In this document: positions 9,847 to 20,843 of the stretch, one piece after another
Layout of the letters: every line of letters begins with the position of its first letter
Position numbering within the stretch: position 1 is the first letter of the stretch
Source: Phycisphaeraceae bacterium
GTDB lineage: Bacteria > Planctomycetota > Phycisphaerae > Phycisphaerales > SM1A02
Assembly (NCBI GenBank): GCA_015709595.1
Contig: CP054178.1
Location: 1,553,205 to 1,617,204 of the forward strand
DNA: 64,000 nucleotides
Direction: 5' to 3'
Made by a program: the position numbers and the translations under genes
The notes under the pieces: generated by a model
Databases searched by the model: none
Told to the model about the DNA's origin: nothing
What the model saw: the letters and a program-made list of their open reading frames with translations, nothing else

Positions 9847-10542
9847 ATGCGACTTTCAACCGAGCACGGCCAGATGATGCGGATGTCAGCGATCGACCTG
9901 GGCGCCCCGATCGGCGGCGGCGTCGGGGGGCAGGCCCTTCGGGCGGACCAGTCGGGGCTGGAGGCGTCCTTCGCCTTGCTGGAGGAGGTGACGGCGGGCC
10001 GGGCCGGCAATCCGGAGGCCGGGAATCCGGGGGCGGATGGCGGGCTGGATATCCGCGGGGCGGGTCACGGCATGCTCAACGCGGGTCGCGTGGTGTCGCG
10101 CTCGCGCATCGCCTGGCGACACGTCGTCGTCAAGGCGCTGTCGAAGCTGCCGGGCACACGATTCAAGAGCGCACTGACCCGGCGGCTCCTGGGGGTGCGC
10201 ATGGGGCGCGATGTGGGTTTGGCCTACGGCGTGTTCCTTGACCCGTACGACCCGTCGATGATCTCGTTCGGCGACAACGTGCTGGTGGGGTTCGACAGCG
10301 CCATCTTCGTCCACATGTTCACCCTCACCCGTCAGCGCCTCCGCCCGGTGACCATCGGCAGCAACGTGATGATCGGGGCGAAGTGCCTCATCGCCCCCGG
10401 CGTGACCATCGGCGACGGGGCCTCCATCGCCCCCGGCACGGTGGTGTCGCGCGATGTGCCCGCCGGCGCCATGGGGATGGGCAACCCGATGGTCATCCGC
10501 CGCCGAGGAGAGCGAGGTCAGTCCACCGATGAGCACGGATGA
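9847..10542 (+). CDS. Left-handed beta-helix (hexapeptide repeat) acyltransferase
   Basis: C-terminal half IGSNVMIGAKCLIAPGVTIGDGASIAPGTVVSRDVPAGAMGMGNP is hexapeptide-repeat like. The true start may be internal. Confidence 0.65.
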   Translation: MRLSTEHGQMMRMSAIDLGAPIGGGVGGQALRADQSGLEASFALLEEVTAGRAGNPEAGNPGADGGLDIRGAGHGMLNAGRVVSRSRIAWRHVVVKALSKLPGTRFKSALTRRLLGVRMGRDVGLAYGVFLDPYDPSMISFGDNVLVGFDSAIFVHMFTLTRQRLRPVTIGSNVMIGAKCLIAPGVTIGDGASIAPGTVVSRDVPAGAMGMGNPMVIRRRGERGQSTDEHG

Positions 10543-10727
10543 CGGGGGGAAGGAGACAGGAGAGAGGGGACGGAATCCGGTGGATCGGCTTGCCGGACGA
10601 GTTCATGGCTCGAAGCCCGCCGCGACGATTCTCAGCGCCCAGACACGACAGCGGTGGAGTTCGAAGCATCGGTCCACCAGGTCGGGATTCCCGGACCCAG
10701 CACCCGGTACCCGGTACCCGCGACACC

Positions 10728-10937
10728 ATGAGACGTATTTCTTTCTGGCTCATCGCCATGCTCCACGTGACCATCATCGCCTTCTGCGCGGTCGGGTTTC
10801 TCGCCACGTTCGAGCCCGGCGATTCGGGCAACATGTGGGCGTGGCGGATCGGTTACGGCGTTGTCGGGTCGGGTTCGCTGGCGGCGATCATCGCGTTGCT
10901 CCTGCCCCGGCTCCGTGTTCGGCCGAAGCGGCGGTGA
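10728..10937 (+). CDS. Small two-TM membrane protein (69 aa), hypothetical
   Basis: MRRISFWLIAMLHVTIIAFCAVGFLATF...GVVGSGSLAAIIALLLPRL shows two clear hydrophobic helices. The upstream part of the track ORF looks non-coding. Confidence 0.35.
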   Translation: MRRISFWLIAMLHVTIIAFCAVGFLATFEPGDSGNMWAWRIGYGVVGSGSLAAIIALLLPRLRVRPKRR

Positions 10938-11155
10938 GTCGTTCCGCGAACCGTCGGCGACGGATGTGATACGATGGGAGGCGTCAGCCATGCGATGCCG
11001 CCCCTGGAGAACGGGCGGGACGACGCCGGTTCTCAAGCGTGACTTCGCAGTGGAGGCCCTGACGACACGGGCCGCCCAGACGTGCCGGGCGGCTCTGGCG
11101 CCGTACGGACGTTGCGAGACGGGCGAGTGCGGGTTGCATCGCACGCGAGGGACGC

Positions 11156-13987
11156 ATGAACAGTGACAGGTCCGACCACAGCCAACCCACCGCCGATCTG
11201 CCGTCATCGCCCGCTGGCGACGTAACGGCGGACATGCCGCCTCCCGCCGCGGCGCCGGTGCGCGAGGGGCCGGGCAGCCGCATCGGACCGTACCGGATTC
11301 TCAGTCAGATCGGCGAGGGGGGGTTCGGCGTGGTGTTCCTGGCGGAGCAGGAGCGCCCGGTGGCGCGTCGGGTGGCGCTCAAGATCATCAAGCTGGGGAT
11401 GGACACCCGGCAGGTGGTGGCCCGCTTCGAGCAGGAGCGCCAGGCCCTGGCGCTGATGGACCACCCCAACATCGCCAAGGTGTTCGACGCCGGCGCCACG
11501 GAGTCGGGCCGACCCTACTTCGTGATGGAGTTCTGCCCCGGCGAACCGATCGACGCGTACTGCGACCGCAACCGGCTCACCATCGAGCAGCGTCTGGACC
11601 TGTTCATCCAGGTGTGCGAGGCGGTGCAGCACGCCCACACCAAGGCCATCATCCACCGCGACATCAAGCCATCGAACATCCTCGTGGCCTCGCGCGACGG
11701 GCGTCTGACGGCCAAGGTGATCGACTTCGGCGTGGCCAAGGCCACGGTCAGCAAGCTCACCGAGAAGACGCTCTTCACCGAGCACCGGCAGTTCATCGGC
11801 ACGCCCGAGTACATGAGCCCGGAGCAGGCCGAGGGAAGCCAGGACATCGACACGCGCACCGATGTGTACTCCCTGGGTGTGCTGCTCTACGAGCTGCTCA
11901 CGGGCACCACGCCCTTCAGCGGGCGCGAGCTGCGTTCGGCCGGCTTCGCCGAGATTCTGCGCATCATCCGCGAGGTGGAGCCGCCCCGTCCCAGCACGCG
12001 GCTCAGTTCGAACACCGCGACGCTGGCCACGGTCGCCTCGCAGCGGCAGGCGGAGCCGACCCGCATCGGCTCGATCGTGCGGGGCGAGCTGGACTGGATC
12101 GTGATGACCGCGATGGAGAAGGATCGGGCCCGCCGCTACGACACCGCCAGCGCGCTGGCGCAGGACGTGCGCCGATACCTGGCGGGCGACGCGGTGCAGG
12201 CGGTGCCGCCCAGCCGGTCGTATCAGTTCCGCAAGTTCGTCCGCCGAAACCGGGTGATGGCGGGGGCCGTGAGCGCGGTGGCGGTCGCGCTGCTGCTGGG
12301 GGCGGGCGCGTTCGCCTGGCAGGCGCAGGTGGCACGCGAACAGCGTGACAAGGCCGTCGAAGCGCAGGCCTCGGCAGATCGCCAGCGCGATCGGGCCGTG
12401 CTCGCCGAGGCCGAGGCCAAGCAGCGCGCCGATGAACTGCAGCTCGTGGCCGACTTCCAGGCCGACATGCTGGCGCAGGTGGACCCCACCGAGGCCGGTC
12501 GGATGCTCTCCGCCGATGTGGCGGCGCGGCTTGCGGAGTCGCTGCGGAAGGCCGGTGCGGACGATGGCGCACGGGACGCCGCGATGCAGGCGTTCACGTC
12601 GCAGTGGGCCAACATCAACGCCACCGACGCCGCGCGCACGCTGATCGACGGCGTCATACTCAAGCCCGCGGCGGCGGCGATCACGGCCCGGTTCGCGGAT
12701 CAGCCCGCGGTCGCCGCCCGTCTTCAGCAGGCGCTGGCGGAGCGGTATCACGGGTTCGGCATGTACGTCGAGGCCACGGCCCTGCTTCAGGCCGCGCTCG
12801 ACACGCGCCGTCGCGTGCTGGGCGAGGATCATCCCGACACGCTGGAATCGCTCAACACGCTGGGGACGCTTCACCACGTCAGCGGGCGGTTGGCGGAAGC
12901 CGAGGCGGTCTACCGGGATTCGCTGGAGCGGTATCGGCGCGTGCAGGGCCCGGATCACCCGGACACCATCACCGCGGTCGGAAAGCTGGGCGCGCTCCTG
13001 TGGGAGATGGGCAAGCCCGAGGCGGCCGAGCAGTATCTGCGCGATGCGCTGGCCGGACATCGCCGCGTGCTGGGTGAGGAGCATCCCGAAACACTGCTCT
13101 CCATCAACAACATGGGCTTCGTGCTGCAGCAGCAGGGCAAGTTCGATGAGGCGGAGGCGCATTACCGCGAGGCGCTGGAGAAGTACCGCCGCGTGCTCGG
13201 GCCGGAACATCCGAACACGCTGGTGGCGCTGAACAACGTGGGCTATCTCCTTCAGGCGCAGAACAAGCTGGCCGAGGCGGAGCCGTTCTGGCGCGAGACG
13301 CTGGAGATCCGACGCCGCACGCTGGGCGAGGCCCACCCCGACACGCTCAACTCCATCAACAACATGGGGTACCTGCTGCAGATGCAGGGGAAGAACGATG
13401 AGGCGGAGCCCTACTGGCGCGAGGCGCTGGACGTGCGCCGACGCACGCTCGGGCCTGAGCATCCCGACACGCTGTGGTCGATGAACAACCTGGGCGGGCT
13501 GCTGGTGGTGATGGGGCGCCTGGATGAAGCCGATCCGCTGCTGGTCGAAGCGCTGAGCAAGCGTCGTGCGACGCTGGGTGAGGGGCACCCCAACACGTTG
13601 ATGTCCGCCATCAACCTGGGCGGGCTGCGGGTGACGCAGCGGCGCTTCGCCGAGGCCCTGGCGGTCCTGGAGCCGATCGAGCCGCGGGCGCGCGACGTCT
13701 TCACAGGAGGCAATGCGCGGCGGCTGGTGTCGGTGCTGCTGTATCTCGGCAAGGCCCGCGCCGGGCTTGCCTCGGACAGCGCCGGCTATCAGGCCGCCGA
13801 AACCCGGCTGCTCGAGGCCCAGCAGTTGCTCGAATCGGCCCCCGGGGCGTCATTGCGGGACCGGCAGGAGTGCGCGAAGGCGCTGAGCGATCTCTACGAG
13901 TCGTGGCACGCGGCTGATCCCGGACAGGGGCATGACGCCAAGGCGGCGTCATGGCGCGACCGCTCCGGCGTCGAACAGGCACGGTGA
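11156..13987 (+). CDS. Ser/Thr protein kinase with TM segment and C-terminal TPR (TPR_12-like) repeats
   Basis: Hanks motifs GEGGFGVVF, VALKII, HRDIKPSNIL, DFGVAK and GTPEYMSPEQ. Repeated ...HPDTL.S.NNLG.LL...G...EAE..YR.AL units follow. Confidence 0.9.
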   Translation: MNSDRSDHSQPTADLPSSPAGDVTADMPPPAAAPVREGPGSRIGPYRILSQIGEGGFGVVFLAEQERPVARRVALKIIKLGMDTRQVVARFEQERQALALMDHPNIAKVFDAGATESGRPYFVMEFCPGEPIDAYCDRNRLTIEQRLDLFIQVCEAVQHAHTKAIIHRDIKPSNILVASRDGRLTAKVIDFGVAKATVSKLTEKTLFTEHRQFIGTPEYMSPEQAEGSQDIDTRTDVYSLGVLLYELLTGTTPFSGRELRSAGFAEILRIIREVEPPRPSTRLSSNTATLATVASQRQAEPTRIGSIVRGELDWIVMTAMEKDRARRYDTASALAQDVRRYLAGDAVQAVPPSRSYQFRKFVRRNRVMAGAVSAVAVALLLGAGAFAWQAQVAREQRDKAVEAQASADRQRDRAVLAEAEAKQRADELQLVADFQADMLAQVDPTEAGRMLSADVAARLAESLRKAGADDGARDAAMQAFTSQWANINATDAARTLIDGVILKPAAAAITARFADQPAVAARLQQALAERYHGFGMYVEATALLQAALDTRRRVLGEDHPDTLESLNTLGTLHHVSGRLAEAEAVYRDSLERYRRVQGPDHPDTITAVGKLGALLWEMGKPEAAEQYLRDALAGHRRVLGEEHPETLLSINNMGFVLQQQGKFDEAEAHYREALEKYRRVLGPEHPNTLVALNNVGYLLQAQNKLAEAEPFWRETLEIRRRTLGEAHPDTLNSINNMGYLLQMQGKNDEAEPYWREALDVRRRTLGPEHPDTLWSMNNLGGLLVVMGRLDEADPLLVEALSKRRATLGEGHPNTLMSAINLGGLRVTQRRFAEALAVLEPIEPRARDVFTGGNARRLVSVLLYLGKARAGLASDSAGYQAAETRLLEAQQLLESAPGASLRDRQECAKALSDLYESWHAADPGQGHDAKAASWRDRSGVEQAR

Positions 13988-14044
13988 ATCACCGTCAGTC
14001 AGCCGATCGACGATCTCACATACCCGGCAGCCGATAGACGTTTC

Positions 14045-15187
14045 TCACTTCCCTCCGCTCCAACGGTAGCGGGAGAGCGTGGTTCCCGCCATGGAACTGT
14101 TGGCCGCGATGATCTGGCGCAGCGTCTGCTCGTTGAGTTCCGCCGGGTGGCCCTGCCAGCGGACGACCCAGTCGGCGCTGAGGACGAGGGCGTGCGGCCA
14201 GGCGTTGCCGTTCACGGCCTTCATGGTGCGGGTGGCGGGGTCGCTGGCGACGCTGAACTTGATCGACGCCGGGGCGATGTTGTACTTCGTCAGCCCGTCG
14301 CGGAAGGCCTGCGGCGTCTCGTTGGTGATGGCGATGATCTCCAGTGAGCCGCGGAATTTCTCCTGCAACTGGCTCATGTGCGGGAAGGACGCGCGGCAGG
14401 GGGGGCACCACGTGGCCGAGAAGTCGATGATCACCACCTTGCCCGTGAGGTCTGGTTGCGCGCTCACCCACGTCTCGGCGAACAGGGCTGGTCCCTTCTT
14501 GCCCTGGACGTTGGCGGCGCTCAGTCGCCCAGTGTTGTGAGGGGGCCACTCGATGTCGGACGTGTCCTTCAACTCCGGCGCCGGGCGCGGCTCGCCCTTC
14601 TTCTCCGGGTCGAATGCTTCATCAATCAACCCCTTCACCGCCTCGCGCAGGCCGTTGGGGTTCAGCCCGGCGTAACGGATGATGCCATGCCTGTCGATCA
14701 CCACGTTGGCGGGCTTCCGGAAGAAACCGAACTCGTCGCAGAACTTGCCCTCGCGGTCGAGGATGATCGGCATGGTCATTTCGCGCTGCTTGAGGAACTT
14801 CTCCGCGGCATCCGCGCCGTCAGGCGTATGCAGCCCGATGACCACCACCTGCTCGCCGAAGGGTTTGAGCACGTTCTCCGCCCGCTCGATGGCGGCTCGG
14901 CCGGGGCTGTCCTTCGTCGTCCACGACTGCACCACGACCACCTTGCCTCGAAGGCCTTCCCACGACAGGGGCTTGTCGGTTTCCTTCCACTCCAGCCCGG
15001 TGGGCATCTCAGGCGCGGCGTAGCCGATGTTTTCATCGAGCAGACTCCGATCCAGATTGTCCATTTTCTCCAGCCACCGCGGATTCACTTCGGACTTCTT
15101 GTCGTCCTGCGCGAACGGCGCCGCGGCCAGACAAGACGCGACCAGTGCGGCGGGCAGCAGCGACAGAACCGGGATTCGTGAGGTCAT
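14045..15187 (-). CDS. Secreted TlpA/redoxin-like thiol:disulfide oxidoreductase (tandem thioredoxin folds)
   Basis: Signal peptide MTSRIPVLSLLPAALVASCLAAAP. The second domain has DFSATWCPPCRASFPHM (CxxC); the first domain lacks the cysteines. Confidence 0.8.
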   Translation of the reverse strand: MTSRIPVLSLLPAALVASCLAAAPFAQDDKKSEVNPRWLEKMDNLDRSLLDENIGYAAPEMPTGLEWKETDKPLSWEGLRGKVVVVQSWTTKDSPGRAAIERAENVLKPFGEQVVVIGLHTPDGADAAEKFLKQREMTMPIILDREGKFCDEFGFFRKPANVVIDRHGIIRYAGLNPNGLREAVKGLIDEAFDPEKKGEPRPAPELKDTSDIEWPPHNTGRLSAANVQGKKGPALFAETWVSAQPDLTGKVVIIDFSATWCPPCRASFPHMSQLQEKFRGSLEIIAITNETPQAFRDGLTKYNIAPASIKFSVASDPATRTMKAVNGNAWPHALVLSADWVVRWQGHPAELNEQTLRQIIAANSSMAGTTLSRYRWSGGK

Positions 15188-15449
15188 GGAGTGAGTTCCC
15201 GTGGTGAGCAGCGGGGAATGAAAGGAACGAAGTGGTGGGGGAGTGGAGGACGCGAGGGCGTGGGCGCGAACACGCGGAACCGGGAGACGCGGATCGAATC
15301 GAGCAGCCGGACGGAGCGAACAAGACGATCAAAGTCCCAAACGGATGAGAACAGAGGCCGGGTGACTCGGTGATCCGCGTCTCCTGATCCCGCGCGGTTG
15401 CCGCCATGAATGCGAACAGGCGGGGCGTGCGGCAGGCAAACCATTGTGA

Positions 15450-17261
<1,812 letters not shown>

Positions 17262-17285
17262 GAAAACGCCGCATCGCAACGACTG

Positions 17286-17323
17286 CAAGGCCCGCGTCCA
17301 CGGACGCGGGCCTTGTGTTTCTT
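17286..17323 (+). terminator. Rho-independent terminator after atpD
   Basis: 13-bp perfect stem CAAGGCCCGCGTC / GACGCGGGCCTTG with a 4-nt loop, followed by TGTTTCTT. Confidence 0.7.
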
Positions 17324-17435
17324 CGGAACGGTTGACGGGGCCATGCTCCGACTCGTGCTTGATCGTGATGATTGAACTTCGAAGTATCCCCGTCACCGCG
17401 CGCCGATGCTGCATGAGTTTCATGACGGGCGCCCA

Positions 17436-18392
17436 TCACCGAACCAGGTTCGCGTAGTAATCCACCTGGGCGGGACGGGTCCAGTAGTCGCTGTGATGGT
17501 GCGCGTGCAGGTCGGGGTTCAGAATGGTCGTGGAGCGCGGGCTGAAGTCGTGCAGCTGGAACGAGAAGCTGTTGCCGGGCGCGGGCAGGATCTCGGCCAC
17601 GCGGCGGGTCATCGACTTGAGCGGGTCCATCGACTCCGGGCCGGAGAAGCCCAGCGCCCGGTCCATCTCGCTGATGAGGAACGCCGAGCCCAGCACCTCA
17701 TCGCCGCGCGACGCCACCATGTGCAGCGACCCCATGCCGAACGGCGCATCGGGAAAGTGGTATTCGTCCTGACGATCCGGTCGCTCGAACACGTCGTTCT
17801 CCACCGCCGGAGCCAGCAGCACGACGTTGTCGAATCGCGTGACGGTGCGGCGGCTGTAGCGCCGTTCGCCCAGAATGGCCGCCGCCCGAAGCCCCACGTG
17901 CGCCCCGAGCGAATGGGTGAACAGCGTCACGCGCGTCGCTCCGTGCGTTTCGACCGCGTCGCGCACCAGCCGGTACAGGGCCACGCCCGCTTCCTGCGCG
18001 AATCTCTGCCCGTCGCTGAACCACAGCGGGCCCACGTCGCCCGGCCAGGTGAAGGTGAGGTAGGCGTAGTCGTCCAGGTTGTGCCCGTCCGCCTGGAGCG
18101 ACGCCTGCAGCTTGCCGAAGAAGTCCGCCCCCGAGCCGAGCGACTCCCGCTCCGTCACGTTGTATCCGTGGACGAAGAGAACCACGTGTTTGCCGGCGGC
18201 ATGGCCGAGGTGGCGTGATCCCGCGAAGCGAGGCACGGCATGAATGGCGAAATCCGGCTGCGACAGCGAGCGCGAGCCCTGCGGACCCCGCGCCCCGGCG
18301 ATGATCATGGGTCTGGGCAGCCCGCTCGAGGCGGCGTCGGCCTTCTGGTCGGATGGCATGACGGTGGGATTGCGGCGTTTGGCGGCGCCCAT
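17436..18392 (-). CDS. Alpha/beta hydrolase, DUF900-like
   Basis: VVLFVHGYNV...TLFTHSLGAHV (GxSxG-like nucleophile elbow). Start placed at MGAAKRR with AAGGAG 6 nt upstream. Confidence 0.55.
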   Translation of the reverse strand: MGAAKRRNPTVMPSDQKADAASSGLPRPMIIAGARGPQGSRSLSQPDFAIHAVPRFAGSRHLGHAAGKHVVLFVHGYNVTERESLGSGADFFGKLQASLQADGHNLDDYAYLTFTWPGDVGPLWFSDGQRFAQEAGVALYRLVRDAVETHGATRVTLFTHSLGAHVGLRAAAILGERRYSRRTVTRFDNVVLLAPAVENDVFERPDRQDEYHFPDAPFGMGSLHMVASRGDEVLGSAFLISEMDRALGFSGPESMDPLKSMTRRVAEILPAPGNSFSFQLHDFSPRSTTILNPDLHAHHHSDYWTRPAQVDYYANLVR

Positions 18393-18589
18393 GAGATGCT
18401 CCTTGTCGGTTCGGGTGCGGACGGGTGGGGGGACGGGACGACGGTCTCCCCTCCATAGAGGCGTACGCCGACCCGTCGATGTGACAGGAACATGCGAATT
18501 TTTTGAGACATGTCGCCGAGCCGCGGAGATCATCGCCCGGCGGAACGCCCGCCGCGAGGGGGCCTTCGGGGTACACTCACCCTCGCACC

Positions 18590-19324
18590 ATGGCTCTCCT
18601 CACCGCCAGACAGCTTGTGAAGTCCTATTCCGGCCGCCGGGTGGTGGACCGGGTGTCGCTTGAGGTCGATGCGGGCGAAATCGTGGGATTGCTGGGGCGC
18701 AACGGCGCGGGCAAGACCACCACCTTCCGCATGACCATCGGCATGATCACGCCCGAGGCCGGGCAGGTCATGTTCCAGGGCCAGGATGTCACCGTCTGGC
18801 CCATGTACAGGCACGCCCTGGCGGGGATGGGCTACCTTTCGCAGGAGCCCAGCGTCTTCCAGCGGCTGACCGTGGAGCAGAACCTGCTGGCCATCCTGGA
18901 GATTCAGGGCGTACCCCGAGCCGAGCGTCGGCGACGGGCCGCCTCGCTCATGGAGCAGTTCACCCTCACGCACAAGGCGGGCGACCTGGCCCGCACCTGC
19001 TCGGGAGGCGAGCGGCGACGACTGGAGATCGCCCGCGCCCTGATCGCCAAGCCGCGCCTCATCCTGCTCGATGAGCCGTTCGCCGCGGTCGATCCCCACA
19101 CCGTCGAGGAACTTCAGGAAGAGGTGGTGAAGCTGCGCGACGACGGCATCGCCATCCTCGTCACCGACCACAACGTGCAGCAGACGCTCAAGATCTGCGA
19201 CAGGGCCTACATCATCCACGAGGGCACGAACCTGGTGGACGGCACGCCCCGCGAGATCATCAACAACCAGGAGGTGCGCGAAGCGTACCTGGCCAGCACG
19301 TTCCGCGGCGACGAGTTTGATTGA
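18590..19324 (+). CDS. lptB: LPS export ABC transporter ATP-binding protein LptB
   Basis: MALLTARQLVKSYSGRRVV..., Walker A GRNGAGKTT, YLSQEPSVFQRLTV, signature CSGGERRRLEIARAL, Walker B ILLDEPF. Confidence 0.85.
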   Translation: MALLTARQLVKSYSGRRVVDRVSLEVDAGEIVGLLGRNGAGKTTTFRMTIGMITPEAGQVMFQGQDVTVWPMYRHALAGMGYLSQEPSVFQRLTVEQNLLAILEIQGVPRAERRRRAASLMEQFTLTHKAGDLARTCSGGERRRLEIARALIAKPRLILLDEPFAAVDPHTVEELQEEVVKLRDDGIAILVTDHNVQQTLKICDRAYIIHEGTNLVDGTPREIINNQEVREAYLASTFRGDEFD

Positions 19325-19411
19325 CAGGGAAGGGTGGCGCGGGCGGGGACGCCTACCCCACCGATCAGGGGACGCCCGCACCATTGACATCGCTTCACGG
19401 GTTCTCTCAGG

Positions 19412-20143
19412 ATGCGGCGTGGCGTCGCAGACGCGCCCCAATGCTCCGGGTACGCTGATGGCGTGCCTGGAGTGTCCGAATCATCCCGCCCCGTGATCCT
19501 CTGCCCCGTGGAGTTCGAGCGACAGCGCCTGCTCGCCGCCGGGCTGGGCGACCGGGCGGAGATCATCTGCACCGGCCCCGGCGCGGGGCGCGTCGTCCAC
19601 TGGTCGGAGACGAAAGGCCCCTTCGCCACGCGCGTCATCCTGGCGGGGCTGGCCGGGGCGCTGCGCGACATCAGCCGCCCGGGCGAGGCCTACCTTGTCG
19701 GCACGGTGATCAGCCATGACGGGCGCCAGTTCAACGCCGAGCCGGAGCTGCGATCAGAGGGACTGGACGGGCGGCATCACCGCCGGGCCGTGGTCGCCTC
19801 AGTCCCCCGCGTGGTGACCAGCGCCCACGAGAAGCGCATTCTCGCCGACAAGACCGGCGCGGACCTGGTGGACCTCGAGTCCGGCGTGTTCGCGCAGGCG
19901 GGCGCGATTCTCGGCTGGCGCTGGTCGATCGTACGCGGCGTGAGCGACGGCTGCGATGTCAGCATGCCGCGCGACATCGAGCAGTGGGTCGGACCGGACG
20001 GCCGCACGCGAGCGATGCGGGCCTCGTGGTCGATGGTGACGCATCCGTGGCGGATTCCGGGAGTTTTCGACCTTCGCCGCAACGCGCGGCGGGCGATGGA
20101 CCAGGTGGCGGAAATCATCCGCGAGATGCTGGAGGCGGGATGA
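19412..20143 (+). CDS. Nucleoside phosphorylase/nucleosidase superfamily (PNP_UDP_1-like) protein
   Basis: ILAGLAGAL and ADLVDLESGVFAQAG resemble the G-x-A-G-x-L and (M)E-x-AA motifs of MTA/futalosine/HpnG-type nucleosidases. The assignment is weak. Confidence 0.45.
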   Translation: MRRGVADAPQCSGYADGVPGVSESSRPVILCPVEFERQRLLAAGLGDRAEIICTGPGAGRVVHWSETKGPFATRVILAGLAGALRDISRPGEAYLVGTVISHDGRQFNAEPELRSEGLDGRHHRRAVVASVPRVVTSAHEKRILADKTGADLVDLESGVFAQAGAILGWRWSIVRGVSDGCDVSMPRDIEQWVGPDGRTRAMRASWSMVTHPWRIPGVFDLRRNARRAMDQVAEIIREMLEAG

Positions 20144-20775
20144 GCGACGCCTCGCCCATCCTGGTCTTCGGCGGCACGTTCGACCCCCCCCACAGGGCGC
20201 ACGTGGAGCTGCCGCGGCTGGTCGCGCGGCAGTTGGGTTGCCGCCGCATCATCTACGTTCCGGCGGCGATCAATCCGCTCAAGCAGGGTGGTCCGTCGCC
20301 CACGTCCGCGGCGCACCGGCTGGCGATGCTGCGGCTGGCGCTGCGCGACGTGCCGGAGGCGGAGATATCGACCGTTGAAATCGACCGTCCCCCGCCCTCG
20401 TACACCGTGGACACGCTGCGGGAACTGCGGCGTCAGGTCGGTCCCGACGCGAAACTGCTCCTGCTCATCGGGGCGGACGCGGCGGCGTCGTTCCACCGCT
20501 GGCGCGACCCGGCGGGCATCGAGTCGCTCGCCGAGCCGGTGGTGATGCTCCGTCCGCCGTGGACGCGGGAATCGTTCATCGAGCACATTCGGCGCGAGCA
20601 GGGCGAGGCGGCGGCGATGAAGTGGGCGACTCGGATCATTGAGACGCCGCAACTGGACGTGAGCGCAACGAATCTGCGCGCCGGCGCGGCGCATGGGACG
20701 ATTGCGGCGGATGAGGTGGACCCGCGCGTCCTGACGTACATCCGGGAGCATGGGTTGTATTGCAGCAAGCCATGA
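20140..20775 (+). CDS. nadD: Nicotinate-nucleotide adenylyltransferase
   Basis: ILVFGGTFDPPHRAHVEL (HxGH-type motif), PSYTVDTLREL, and SATNLR near the C-terminus. The ATG overlaps the upstream stop (ATGA at 20140-20143). Confidence 0.85.
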   Translation: MSDASPILVFGGTFDPPHRAHVELPRLVARQLGCRRIIYVPAAINPLKQGGPSPTSAAHRLAMLRLALRDVPEAEISTVEIDRPPPSYTVDTLRELRRQVGPDAKLLLLIGADAAASFHRWRDPAGIESLAEPVVMLRPPWTRESFIEHIRREQGEAAAMKWATRIIETPQLDVSATNLRAGAAHGTIAADEVDPRVLTYIREHGLYCSKP

Positions 20776-20843
20776 CGCTGGTGCACCTCTCTCGGTCATC
20801 GTCGGCTCGTTTCCCCAGCCCGCCCGTCTACCATTGTCGTTCA

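Noticed and set aside
11204-13588. 794-aa ORF on the minus strand opposite the Ser/Thr kinase gene
   Set aside because: Arg/His/Gln/Leu-rich with no motifs, and fully antisense to a gene with clear Hanks and TPR motifs. It is a typical high-GC shadow ORF.
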